The notes below the pieces were generated by a model. The model worked only from the letters and a program-made list of their open reading frames with translations, ran no database searches and was not told the DNA's origin. Source: an uncultured Chloroflexia bacterium (GTDB lineage Bacteria; Chloroflexota; Anaerolineae; Anaerolineales; UBA11858). From it: a stretch of 64,000 nucleotides of DNA. Where the stretch lies: the NCBI GenBank assembly GCA_963716695.1, contig CAVQTT010000005.1, forward strand, positions 70,194-134,193. The letters run 5' to 3'. The position numbers were made by a program, and so were the translations under genes. Positions 30,741-38,762 of the stretch are shown piece after piece. How positions within the stretch are numbered: the first letter of the stretch is position 1; the number at the start of each line of letters is the position of its first letter.

Positions 30741-30773
30741 GTAAGTGCGTAAATCGTAAGTCGTAAGAGTAAG
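30741..30773. repeat. five degenerate GTAAR units; left arm of the inverted repeat flanking the four-helix-bundle gene
   Basis: gtaag-tgc-gtaaa-tc-gtaag-tc-gtaag-a-gtaag. 30755-30766 (cgtaagtcgtaa) is the exact reverse complement of 31243-31254. Confidence 0.7.
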
Positions 30774-30880
30774 CGAGAATGACAGTGTTTGCCTCAATAT
30801 TGCCGATTGGTCATTCACAAAATTGTTCAGATTTTGATATTATTCCACCAAGTAATTGGCATATCCTCTTGCATTCACTA

Positions 30881-31198
30881 TTAAGAACATGAAACACTTG
30901 CTTCGTTCAGATATCCACAATTGTATGCTATAGTGATCCAATGTTCGGTTTCATATGTCTCCGCATATGCATCAGATAATTTGCTGAGAAAGTGCTTACT
31001 ATAGCGCCGTTTACCCCACGCTTCCGCTATTTGCGCGCCAATTGACCGTGATGATCTCCGGATTTGATCGGTTAATGAGTATGTTTCCTCTTTCGGAAAT
31101 CCCATTGTCTGAAGAAAGACATAATCAGCTAATTCCAAAGCAACTCGATATGCCAGTAACTTTTTATAGCTACTCGCAAATGGCAATTTTTCATTCAT
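30881..31198 (-). CDS. four-helix-bundle protein (23S rRNA intervening-sequence protein / Avd-like family)
   Basis: 105 aa. YKKLLAYRVALELADYVFLQTMGFPKEETYSLTDQIRRSSRSIGAQIAEAWGKR...YAETYETEHWITIA matches the family pattern as I remember it. AT-rich. Confidence 0.75.
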   Translation of the reverse strand: MNEKLPFASSYKKLLAYRVALELADYVFLQTMGFPKEETYSLTDQIRRSSRSIGAQIAEAWGKRRYSKHFLSKLSDAYAETYETEHWITIAYNCGYLNEASVSCS

Positions 31199-31242
31199 GG
31201 ATCTATCCCCCTTTATTGCTATATTCTATCTCGCCTAACAAT

Positions 31243-31273
31243 TTACGACTTACGTTTACTCTTTACAACTTAC
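31243..31273. repeat. five degenerate YTTAC units; right arm of the inverted repeat
   Basis: ttacg-ac-ttacg-t-ttact-c-tttac-aa-cttac. Complementary to 30741-30773. Confidence 0.7.
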
Positions 31274-31320
31274 AAGATTATTATTCTTTTCTCAATACCT
31301 TCCCTAAGTAAATCCCCTGG

Positions 31321-32172
31321 TTAAAGCAGCTTCAACAAATCCTCATACTCCTCGTCGCTCATTCCGAACCAATTCTCCTTCCGGGGGAAGGATTTATCCT
31401 TGACTTCCTTGTTATACTCGATCAGGCCGTTCTGGAGCACTTCTCCGGCGTTGCCGTAAACCTTGGCCATCTTGGGGGTGAATTTAGGATACAGGCCGAA
31501 CATGTCATGAAAGATCAACAGCTGACCATGGGCATCAGGTCCTGAACCCAAACTCATGATCAAACAATTTTCTGCCCGTTCGGTGATGATCTTGGTGACC
31601 CGGTCCGGGACCATTTCCAGCAGGATGCAGAAGGCTCCGGCTTTTTCCAGGGCCTTGGCATCGTCCATGATCTGTTTGGCCTGCACTGCGCCCCGACCCT
31701 GAACCCGAAAACCACCCAGTGCAGCAACGCTCTGGGGAGTTAATCCGAGATGCCCGATGGCAGGGATGCCAGCGTTTACGATCGCCCGCATCCGGTCCGC
31801 CATCACCTGACCACCCTCCAGTTTGATGGCATCGCAGCTGGCTTCGGCCATAAAACGTCCCGCATTCAAGACAGCTGATTCCGTGCTGGCCTGGTACGAC
31901 ATATATGGCATATCACCAACCAGAAAAGCGGTTGGAGCACCTCTGCGGACCGCCTGGGTATGGCGGAGCATGTCAGCCATGGTGACTGGCAGTGTCCCAT
32001 CATAGCCCAGCATAGTCATACCCAGGCTGTCTCCTACCAGCAGCATATCGACCTCAGCTTGCTCCTGAAAATAGGCAGTCGGGTAATCATAGCTTGTCAG
32101 CCAGGAGATGGGCTCAGCTTGGGCAGCTTTTTCAAACAGGGTCCGGATGGTGACTTTTTTGCGATCGGTCAT
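31321..32172 (-). CDS. panB: 3-methyl-2-oxobutanoate hydroxymethyltransferase
   Basis: LLVGDSLGMTMLG, AIKLEGG, GHLGLTPQS. GGAGG RBS. Confidence 0.85.
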   Translation of the reverse strand: MTDRKKVTIRTLFEKAAQAEPISWLTSYDYPTAYFQEQAEVDMLLVGDSLGMTMLGYDGTLPVTMADMLRHTQAVRRGAPTAFLVGDMPYMSYQASTESAVLNAGRFMAEASCDAIKLEGGQVMADRMRAIVNAGIPAIGHLGLTPQSVAALGGFRVQGRGAVQAKQIMDDAKALEKAGAFCILLEMVPDRVTKIITERAENCLIMSLGSGPDAHGQLLIFHDMFGLYPKFTPKMAKVYGNAGEVLQNGLIEYNKEVKDKSFPRKENWFGMSDEEYEDLLKLL

Positions 32173-32533
32173 AACTGTTCCTCCAGGGAAAGATAAAAAC
32201 CAGCCTAGGCTGGGGGATGCGGGCTGCCCTGATAGGGCAGAAGGTCTCTTTGATTGCTGGGTTTCGGGAATATTGGAAAAACTGGATGCCCTGAACTATC
32301 CCCCCCGACAGGTCTAGCGATAATCAGTACCGGGCGATCTGCCTGGTCCAAAGACATAATGAGATCCTGGTAAAACACTAGGGTTCAGAACACATATTAT
32401 TTTACGCCATATCAAGCCTGATAGCAAATCAATCCCCGAGATCTCGCCCTTGGAGTCGAAGAAAACTCTGTTTGGTGTGCTGAAAGGCCTGGTTTGATAG
32501 AAGTTCGGAACTGATTATCATGATAAAGATAAC

Positions 32534-32562
32534 TTGCGAAGGAAACCTTTTTTGGTCATAAT
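32534..32562 (+). promoter_or_regulatory. putative sigma-70-type promoter for folD-fhs
   Basis: TTGCGA, 17 nt spacer, CATAAT. About 90 nt upstream of the folD ATG. Confidence 0.35.
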
Positions 32563-32654
32563 ATTTTTTAGCATGAAGCTTGATACCTCGAGAAGACCTC
32601 GATAGATTTTCAGCACCTATCACGCTGCAATCTCATAATCAAAGGGAGTTAAAT

Positions 32655-33536
32655 ATGACTGCAAAAATCATTGATGGCCGAGCTGTCGCTAAGGAAGTAC
32701 GGGATGCTGTAGCAGCCGATGTGGCCGCTATGGTAGCCGAGGGCAAGAACCCTCCAGGTTTGGCAACAGTCCTGGTTGGGCAAAACCCGGCTTCAGAAGT
32801 CTATGTGAGCATGAAACACAAAGCCTGCGAACAAGCTGGCATCCGATCGATCGGCCATGTTCTGCCTGCAACTGCATCCCAGGAGGAAGTGGAGAAACTG
32901 GTCAAGGATCTCAACTCGGATCCTGAGGTCCACGGCATCCTGGTTCAGCTTCCTTTGCCGGATGGTCTGGATGACGAGAGTGTGCTGCGAACGATTGACA
33001 TCACCAAAGATGTGGATGGTTTCCACCCCCTCAACATCGGACGATTGGCCCAAAAGGGCCGGGATCCACTTTTTGTTCCAGCGACTCCTGACGGTGTGCT
33101 GTATCTATTGAAAAATGCGGGAGTGCAGCTGGAAGGCGCCAATGCCGTGGTGTTGGGACGCTCGTTCATCGTCGGTATGCCGGCAGCTCTCTTGCTTGTG
33201 AAAGAGAATGCCACTGTAACGATCTGCCATTCCCGGACCAAAAATTTGAAAGAAAAATGTGCCGAGGCTGATGTTTTGATCGCCGCGGTTGGCCGGGCGG
33301 AAATGGTGAAAGGCGACTGGATCAAACCAGGAGCCGCAGTGATCGATGTGGGTACAAATCGGGTTGATGATGACAAGGTTGAACGGGGTTATAGACTGAC
33401 AGGTGATGTCGACTACGATGAAGCCCTGGAAGTCGCCGGATATCTGACCCCTGTGCCGGGCGGAGTTGGCCCGATGACAATTGCTATGCTGCTCCGCAAC
33501 ACAGTCCGGGCAGCCAAGCTTGCCAACGGAACATAA
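32655..33536 (+). CDS. folD: bifunctional methylene-THF dehydrogenase / methenyl-THF cyclohydrolase
   Basis: MTAKIIDGRAV start after AAAGGGAG. LVGQNPASEVYVSMK, GILVQLPLP, DVDGF, GRSFIVGMP, PVPGGVGPMT. The track ORF starts earlier, at 32580. Confidence 0.9.
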   Translation: MTAKIIDGRAVAKEVRDAVAADVAAMVAEGKNPPGLATVLVGQNPASEVYVSMKHKACEQAGIRSIGHVLPATASQEEVEKLVKDLNSDPEVHGILVQLPLPDGLDDESVLRTIDITKDVDGFHPLNIGRLAQKGRDPLFVPATPDGVLYLLKNAGVQLEGANAVVLGRSFIVGMPAALLLVKENATVTICHSRTKNLKEKCAEADVLIAAVGRAEMVKGDWIKPGAAVIDVGTNRVDDDKVERGYRLTGDVDYDEALEVAGYLTPVPGGVGPMTIAMLLRNTVRAAKLANGT

Positions 33537-33586
33537 ACTGAGCATAATAAGGATAATTGGATAGCCCATTTCAAAGGAGCGCTGTG

Positions 33587-35500
33587 ATGACTTTTAAGAA
33601 GAGACCCGTAACTCCATCTCCACTGGAACTGCTGGACCCAGTTCCATCGGATATCGATATCGCTCATGCAGCAGTTATGAAGCCCATCAAGGACCTTGCC
33701 GAGGAGATTGGGCTATTAGAAGATGAGCTGGAAATGTATGGAAAATTCAAAGCCAAGGTTACGCTTGATGTCCTGGACCGGCTCAAAGATGTTCCGGATG
33801 GAAAATATATTGACGTGACTGCGATCACTCCCACTCCCCTGGGTGAAGGCAAGACCACCACCACGGTGGGTTTGAGCCAGGCCCTGGGAGCCCATCTGGG
33901 TAAAAGCCTCTTCACCTGCATCCGTCAGCCCAGCCAGGGCCCAACCTTTGGCATCAAGGGAGGAGCAGCAGGTGGCGGCTACAGCCAGGTTATACCGATG
34001 GAGGATTTTAACCTTCATATGACAGGCGATATCCACGCCATCACAGCCTCCAATAACTTGGTGGCCGCAGCCCTGGAAACCCGCATGTACCATGAAAGCC
34101 GCCAATCTGACGAGGCTCTTTTCAGCAGGCTCTGCCCGCCCGATAAAAACGGGAAACGCGAATTTGCCCCCATCATGTTCCGGCGGTTGAAAAAATTGGG
34201 CATTAATAAAACCAATCCGGACGACTTAACCCCGGAAGAATATGGAAAATTCGTCCGCCTGGATGTTGACCCTGAGACCATCACCTGGCGCAGGATCCTC
34301 GACACGAATGACCGCCACCTGCGCGAGATCGAGATCGGGATCGGGGCCAAGGAAGGCGGCCACTCCCGGAAAACCGGCTTTGATATTGCGGTTGCCAGTG
34401 AGATCATGGCTATCCTGGCCCTGACCACCAGCCTGGCTGATATGAGAGAAAGGATTGGCCGGGCAGTGGTTGCTACCAGTAAAGCTGGAGATCCGGTAAC
34501 CATGGATGATCTCGGAGTATCCGGCGCTGTAACCGTGTTGATGAAAGACGCCATCAAACCGACCCTGATGCAGACAGTTGAAGGCACGCCTGCCCTGGTC
34601 CATGCTGGTCCTTTTGCCAATATCGCTCACGGCAACAGTTCCATCATCGCAGACAAGATCGCCTTGAAATTGGCTGACTACGTGCTCACAGAATCTGGGT
34701 TTGGCGCAGATATTGGCATGGAAAAATTCTTTAACATCAAATGCCGCTATTCTGGATTGATCCCCGACTGTGTGGTCCTGGTTGCTACTGTGCGGGCTTT
34801 GAAAATGCACGGCGGAGGCCCAACGGTCACTGCTGGAGCACCCCTGGATCGTGCCTATGTGACAGAAAACCTTGAGCTGCTTCAAAAAGGCATCTCCAAC
34901 CTGGAAGCCCATATTGAAAATGCCCTCAAATTTGGAATCACCACCGTTGTAGCGGTCAACAGTTTCAAAGACGATACCCCGGCAGAAGTTGAGTTGGTTC
35001 GCAAAGCGGCCCTGAAAGCTGGAGCCTATAACGCGGTTGTGACCCGCCACTGGATGGAGGGCGGCAAAGGTGCAGTTGACCTGGCCAAAGCTGTTGTCGA
35101 GGCCTGTGAACAGCCAAGTAAATTCAAATTCCTTTATCCGCTGGAAGGAACTTCCATCAAGGAAAAGATCGAGATCATCTGCAAAGAGATCTACGGGGCC
35201 GATGGGGTCAGTTATGAACCCCTGGCGGAAAAGAAGGTTGAACTCTACACCAGACTGGGATTTGATGAACTTCCCATGTGTATGGCAAAAACCCACCTGA
35301 GCCTGAGCCATGACGGAACCCTCAAGGGACGGCCAACCGGGTTTACCGTTCCGATCCGGGATATCCGCGCATCAGTCGGTGCAGGGTTCCTCTACCCACT
35401 GGTAGGGACCATGAGCACCATGCCTGGACTGCCAACCCGGCCAGCCTATTATGAGATCGACATTGATCTGGAAACCGGAGAGGTTTTGGGTCTCTCCTGA
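33587..35500 (+). CDS. fhs: formate--tetrahydrofolate ligase
   Basis: [18 protein letters not shown]-loop, [21 protein letters not shown] 33587 after AAAGGAG. The track ORF starts at 33557. Confidence 0.92.
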   Translation: MTFKKRPVTPSPLELLDPVPSDIDIAHAAVMKPIKDLAEEIGLLEDELEMYGKFKAKVTLDVLDRLKDVPDGKYIDVTAITPTPLGEGKTTTTVGLSQALGAHLGKSLFTCIRQPSQGPTFGIKGGAAGGGYSQVIPMEDFNLHMTGDIHAITASNNLVAAALETRMYHESRQSDEALFSRLCPPDKNGKREFAPIMFRRLKKLGINKTNPDDLTPEEYGKFVRLDVDPETITWRRILDTNDRHLREIEIGIGAKEGGHSRKTGFDIAVASEIMAILALTTSLADMRERIGRAVVATSKAGDPVTMDDLGVSGAVTVLMKDAIKPTLMQTVEGTPALVHAGPFANIAHGNSSIIADKIALKLADYVLTESGFGADIGMEKFFNIKCRYSGLIPDCVVLVATVRALKMHGGGPTVTAGAPLDRAYVTENLELLQKGISNLEAHIENALKFGITTVVAVNSFKDDTPAEVELVRKAALKAGAYNAVVTRHWMEGGKGAVDLAKAVVEACEQPSKFKFLYPLEGTSIKEKIEIICKEIYGADGVSYEPLAEKKVELYTRLGFDELPMCMAKTHLSLSHDGTLKGRPTGFTVPIRDIRASVGAGFLYPLVGTMSTMPGLPTRPAYYEIDIDLETGEVLGLS

Positions 35501-35536
35501 ACTGAAGTTAAGCTAGACCAAAATTCAAGATCACAC

Positions 35537-35575
35537 CTCCGGGGCGGCGGATACAATGTTCTGTCCGCCCCGGAG
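35537..35575 (+). terminator. GC-rich hairpin after fhs (weak terminator; T-run 12 nt downstream)
   Basis: ctccggggcgg-N17-ccgccccggag. Confidence 0.4.
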
Positions 35576-35631
35576 CTGCTTGCAGGATTTTTTATTGGTG
35601 TTATTGGTTGTTATGAGCAGGTGAGGATGCG

Positions 35632-36411
35632 TTGAAAAGTCGCGGAACCAAATTCAAACGTTGGTGGGATTTCCATCATGACTGGAAAGAGAATCAGGGG
35701 GAAGTCATCGAGGAAATTGCCCTCACAATTTATGTCAATGGGTTGGAATTTGTATCCATTATGGGAACACCGCTGAACCAGGATTGGTTAGCGGTTGGTT
35801 TCTTAATGAATGAACGGATTATTTCAGACCTGGATGAGATCCTCGAGCTGAGAGTCTCCAGGGATGGCTGCTGCATCGATGTTTGGTTAACTAAGTCCAT
35901 CACTAAACCATCCAAGCTGATCCTGACCTCAGGTTGTGGAGGGGGGATGATCTTTGATGATCCCCGGGTCGGTGTTGACCCATTTAAAGATGGGATCCAA
36001 ACGACTCCCGAAGTGATATTCCAGGCCTATACCTCACTCCAGACCAGGGAAAGCTTGTATGCCCGGGCCCGGGGGATCCATGCGGCTGGTTTGCTTGATC
36101 TCAAGAGTGGAAGATTGATTAAGACTGCCGAGGATATTGGAAGGCATAATACGATTGATAAATTGCGGGGAGGCTGTTTGCTGGATGGGGTCCCAACCCG
36201 AAACACGGCCCTCTTGTCCACGGGCAGGATTTCATCCGAGATGCTTCGCAAAGGGGCCTTGATGGGATGCCCGGTGATCGTCTCCCGCACTTCGCCAACT
36301 TCATTTGCCCTGGAGCTGGCAGAAACCTGGAATATCACCCTGGTAGGCTACGCCCGCCATGGAAAACTCAGAGTATACTGTAATCCAGAACGGCTGGGTA
36401 TCCAGCTATAA
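35632..36411 (+). CDS. fdhD: formate dehydrogenase accessory sulfurtransferase FdhD
   Basis: 259 aa, TTG start. LTIYVNG..., GIHAAGL, GRHNTIDK, RTSPTSFALELA. Confidence 0.8.
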   Translation: MKSRGTKFKRWWDFHHDWKENQGEVIEEIALTIYVNGLEFVSIMGTPLNQDWLAVGFLMNERIISDLDEILELRVSRDGCCIDVWLTKSITKPSKLILTSGCGGGMIFDDPRVGVDPFKDGIQTTPEVIFQAYTSLQTRESLYARARGIHAAGLLDLKSGRLIKTAEDIGRHNTIDKLRGGCLLDGVPTRNTALLSTGRISSEMLRKGALMGCPVIVSRTSPTSFALELAETWNITLVGYARHGKLRVYCNPERLGIQL

Positions 36412-36461
36412 ACTGGACAAGAGACTAGATGGGCCCCGCAAGACCCCGGCAAGGAGAACTC

Positions 36462-36926
36462 ATGGAAAAGAGCATGGAAACCATTTTTTCGGATTATGAA
36501 GGCAAGCGGGAAAATATCATTCCTATCCTGCAGAAGGTCCAGGAAGAGTATACCTATCTACCGGAACACTTGCTGGCAGAGATTGCTGAATATACCCACG
36601 TCCCTCCCAGCGATATCTACGGTGTGGCGACGTTTTATGCCCAATTCCGGTTTACTCCAACTGGCGAGAATATCATCTCTGTTTGCCGGGGAACGGCCTG
36701 TCATGTCAGGGGCGCGCCCAGAATTTTTGAAGAGTTGATTGACCAGCTGAACCTTAAGGGAGAAGGCACCACCGAGGACCAGAAATATACCGTGGAAACA
36801 GTTGCCTGCGTGGGCTGCTGCGCCCTGGCTCCTGTGCTGACGATCAATGAGGAAGTCCACGGTGATTTGACCAAACAAAAAGTCAAAAAACTGATCGAGG
36901 GCAAAGGGGACCAGAATGGAGAATAA
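36462..36926 (+). CDS. NuoE/HydC-like [2Fe-2S] subunit
   Basis: SVCRGTACHVRG ... VACVGCCALAP four-Cys pattern. ATG 36462 after AAGGAGA. Confidence 0.8.
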   Translation: MEKSMETIFSDYEGKRENIIPILQKVQEEYTYLPEHLLAEIAEYTHVPPSDIYGVATFYAQFRFTPTGENIISVCRGTACHVRGAPRIFEELIDQLNLKGEGTTEDQKYTVETVACVGCCALAPVLTINEEVHGDLTKQKVKKLIEGKGDQNGE

Positions 36927-38730
36927 TAATCGAACGATCCTAATTTGCCGGGGAACGGGCTGCGAATCCACTAAATCGCCTGAGATCCAGGCAGCCTTGC
37001 AGGAAAGCCTGGCCGGTACTGATGTGGAAGTCAAGTTCACCGGCTGCCATGGAATGTGCCAGCAGGGGCCGATTGTGATTGTGGAACCAGAAGATACCTT
37101 TTATGCCAAGGTGAAAACCAAGGATGTCGCCAAGATCGTTGAACAACATATCCACAATGATCAGGTTGTTGAGGGGCTGGTCTATCAGGATCCCACCACC
37201 AAGCAGAGGATCTCCTCCTACCACGAGATCCCATTCTATTCCCGCCAAAAAAGACTGGTCCTGCGGAACTGCGGCAAGATCAATCCGGAAGAGATCGAGG
37301 ATTCCCTGGCCGCAGGCAGCTACGAGGGACTCAAGCAAGCTCTTGGTATGACCCCAGAGCTGATCGTTTCTGAGGTCAAAGCCTCAGGCTTGCGAGGCCG
37401 GGGAGGAGGAGGGTTTTCCACAGGCATGAAATGGGGCTTCTGCCAGGCTGCCACCGGGGACCCCAAATATGTGCTCTGCAACGCCGACGAGGGTGATCCG
37501 GGAGCATTTATGGACCGCTCCGTCCTGGAGGGCGACCCGCATGCTGTGTTAGAAGGCATGATTATTGCCGCCTATGCCATTGGCGCCAGGCAGGGTTTTA
37601 TTTACTGCCGGGCGGAATATCCCCTGGCCATCAAACGCTTGCAGATCGCCATCGAACAGGCCCGGGAGAAGGGTTTCCTGGGTGAGAAGATCCTTGGCAG
37701 TGATTTCAGTTTTGATATTGAGATCTTCCACGGCGCCGGCGCTTTTGTCTGCGGCGAGGAGACCGCCCTGATAACTTCCATCGAGGGCAACCGGGGCATG
37801 CCCCGGTCCAGGCCGCCCTACCCGGCCAACGCAGGATTATACGGAAAACCCACTCTGCTGAACAATGTCAAAACCTATGCCAATATTCCCTTGATCATCA
37901 CCAAGGGCTCAAAATGGTTCGCCGGGATCGGCACAGAAAAAAGCAAAGGCACAGCAGTTTTTGCCCTGACAGGAAAGATCGCCAACAGCGGTTTGATCGA
38001 GGTTCCCATGGGGGTGACCCTGCGGGAAGTGATCTATGATATTGGCGGAGGTGTCCTGGATGGGAAGAAATTCAAAGCAGTCCAAACCGGAGGACCATCA
38101 GGGGGCTGCCTTCCGGAATCTTTCCTGGACACACCGGTGGATTATGATTCACTGATTGCTGCAGGATCCATGATGGGGTCCGGCGGCATGGTGGTGATGG
38201 ATGAGGACACCTGTATGGTGGATGTGGCCCGCTATTTCCTGGATTTCACAGAAATGGAATCCTGCGGAAAATGCGTGCCCTGCCGCTTGGGTACCAAACA
38301 GATGTTGAGCATCCTGGAGGATATCGTCGAAGGTCGGGGCCGGGAAGGGGATATTGAACGCCTGGAAGAAATTGCCCGGGGAGTGAAACTGGGTTCGTTG
38401 TGCGGACTGGGTCAAACAGCCCCCAACCCGGTATTGACAACCTTGCGTTATTTCAGAGACGAGTATGAAGCCCACATCAACGGCAATGCCTGCCCTGCCA
38501 AACAATGCAAGGCATTTATCAGCTTCCACATTCTCGACAGCTGTGTCGGCTGTGGACTTTGCCGCAAGAACTGCCCGGTGGAGGCGATCTTCGGTGAGCA
38601 AAAGGAACTTCACACCATCGACCAGGATATTTGCATCCAGTGCGGAGTTTGTTATGAGGTCTGTCCGCCCAAGGTATTCTCAGTAGAAATCCGAACCGGC
38701 GAAGCCAAATTGATAGAGGAGCCGGCCTAA
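36916..38730 (+). CDS. NuoF/HydB-like NAD(P)H-FMN subunit with N-terminal thioredoxin-like [2Fe-2S] domain and C-terminal 2x[4Fe-4S] ferredoxin domain
   Basis: LICRGTGC...CHGMCQQGP; GRGGGGFSTGMKW; ESCGKCVPCR; CVGCGLCRKNCP and CIQCGVCYEVCP. Confidence 0.85.
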   Translation: MENNNRTILICRGTGCESTKSPEIQAALQESLAGTDVEVKFTGCHGMCQQGPIVIVEPEDTFYAKVKTKDVAKIVEQHIHNDQVVEGLVYQDPTTKQRISSYHEIPFYSRQKRLVLRNCGKINPEEIEDSLAAGSYEGLKQALGMTPELIVSEVKASGLRGRGGGGFSTGMKWGFCQAATGDPKYVLCNADEGDPGAFMDRSVLEGDPHAVLEGMIIAAYAIGARQGFIYCRAEYPLAIKRLQIAIEQAREKGFLGEKILGSDFSFDIEIFHGAGAFVCGEETALITSIEGNRGMPRSRPPYPANAGLYGKPTLLNNVKTYANIPLIITKGSKWFAGIGTEKSKGTAVFALTGKIANSGLIEVPMGVTLREVIYDIGGGVLDGKKFKAVQTGGPSGGCLPESFLDTPVDYDSLIAAGSMMGSGGMVVMDEDTCMVDVARYFLDFTEMESCGKCVPCRLGTKQMLSILEDIVEGRGREGDIERLEEIARGVKLGSLCGLGQTAPNPVLTTLRYFRDEYEAHINGNACPAKQCKAFISFHILDSCVGCGLCRKNCPVEAIFGEQKELHTIDQDICIQCGVCYEVCPPKVFSVEIRTGEAKLIEEPA

Positions 38731-38762
38731 GGTGATTAGATCGGGCATTAAGGGAGCTATTT

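Noticed and set aside
30881-31198. Diversity-generating retroelement, since the four-helix-bundle protein belongs to the Avd-like family.
   Set aside because: No reverse transcriptase ORF and no template/variable repeat pair with A-specific mismatches anywhere nearby.
32325-32350. ZTP (pfl) riboswitch upstream of folD: ACCGGGCGATCTGCCTGGTCC resembles the conserved 3' CCGCCUGGGC element.
   Set aside because: Two mismatches in the most conserved bases. The 5' GGGUCGUGACUGGCG sub-domain is not present upstream. The element lies about 300 nt from the folD start and upstream of the better candidate promoter.
34226-35311. Long antisense ORFs: 361 aa opposite fhs, 273 aa at 38757..39578 opposite fdhA, 196 aa at 2149..2739, 210 aa at 7626..8258, and many others in the track.
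   Set aside because: They are shadow ORFs on the opposite strand or in overlapping frames of genes with clear family motifs. Their composition is low-complexity and Arg/Gly/Pro-rich, with no RBS or motifs.
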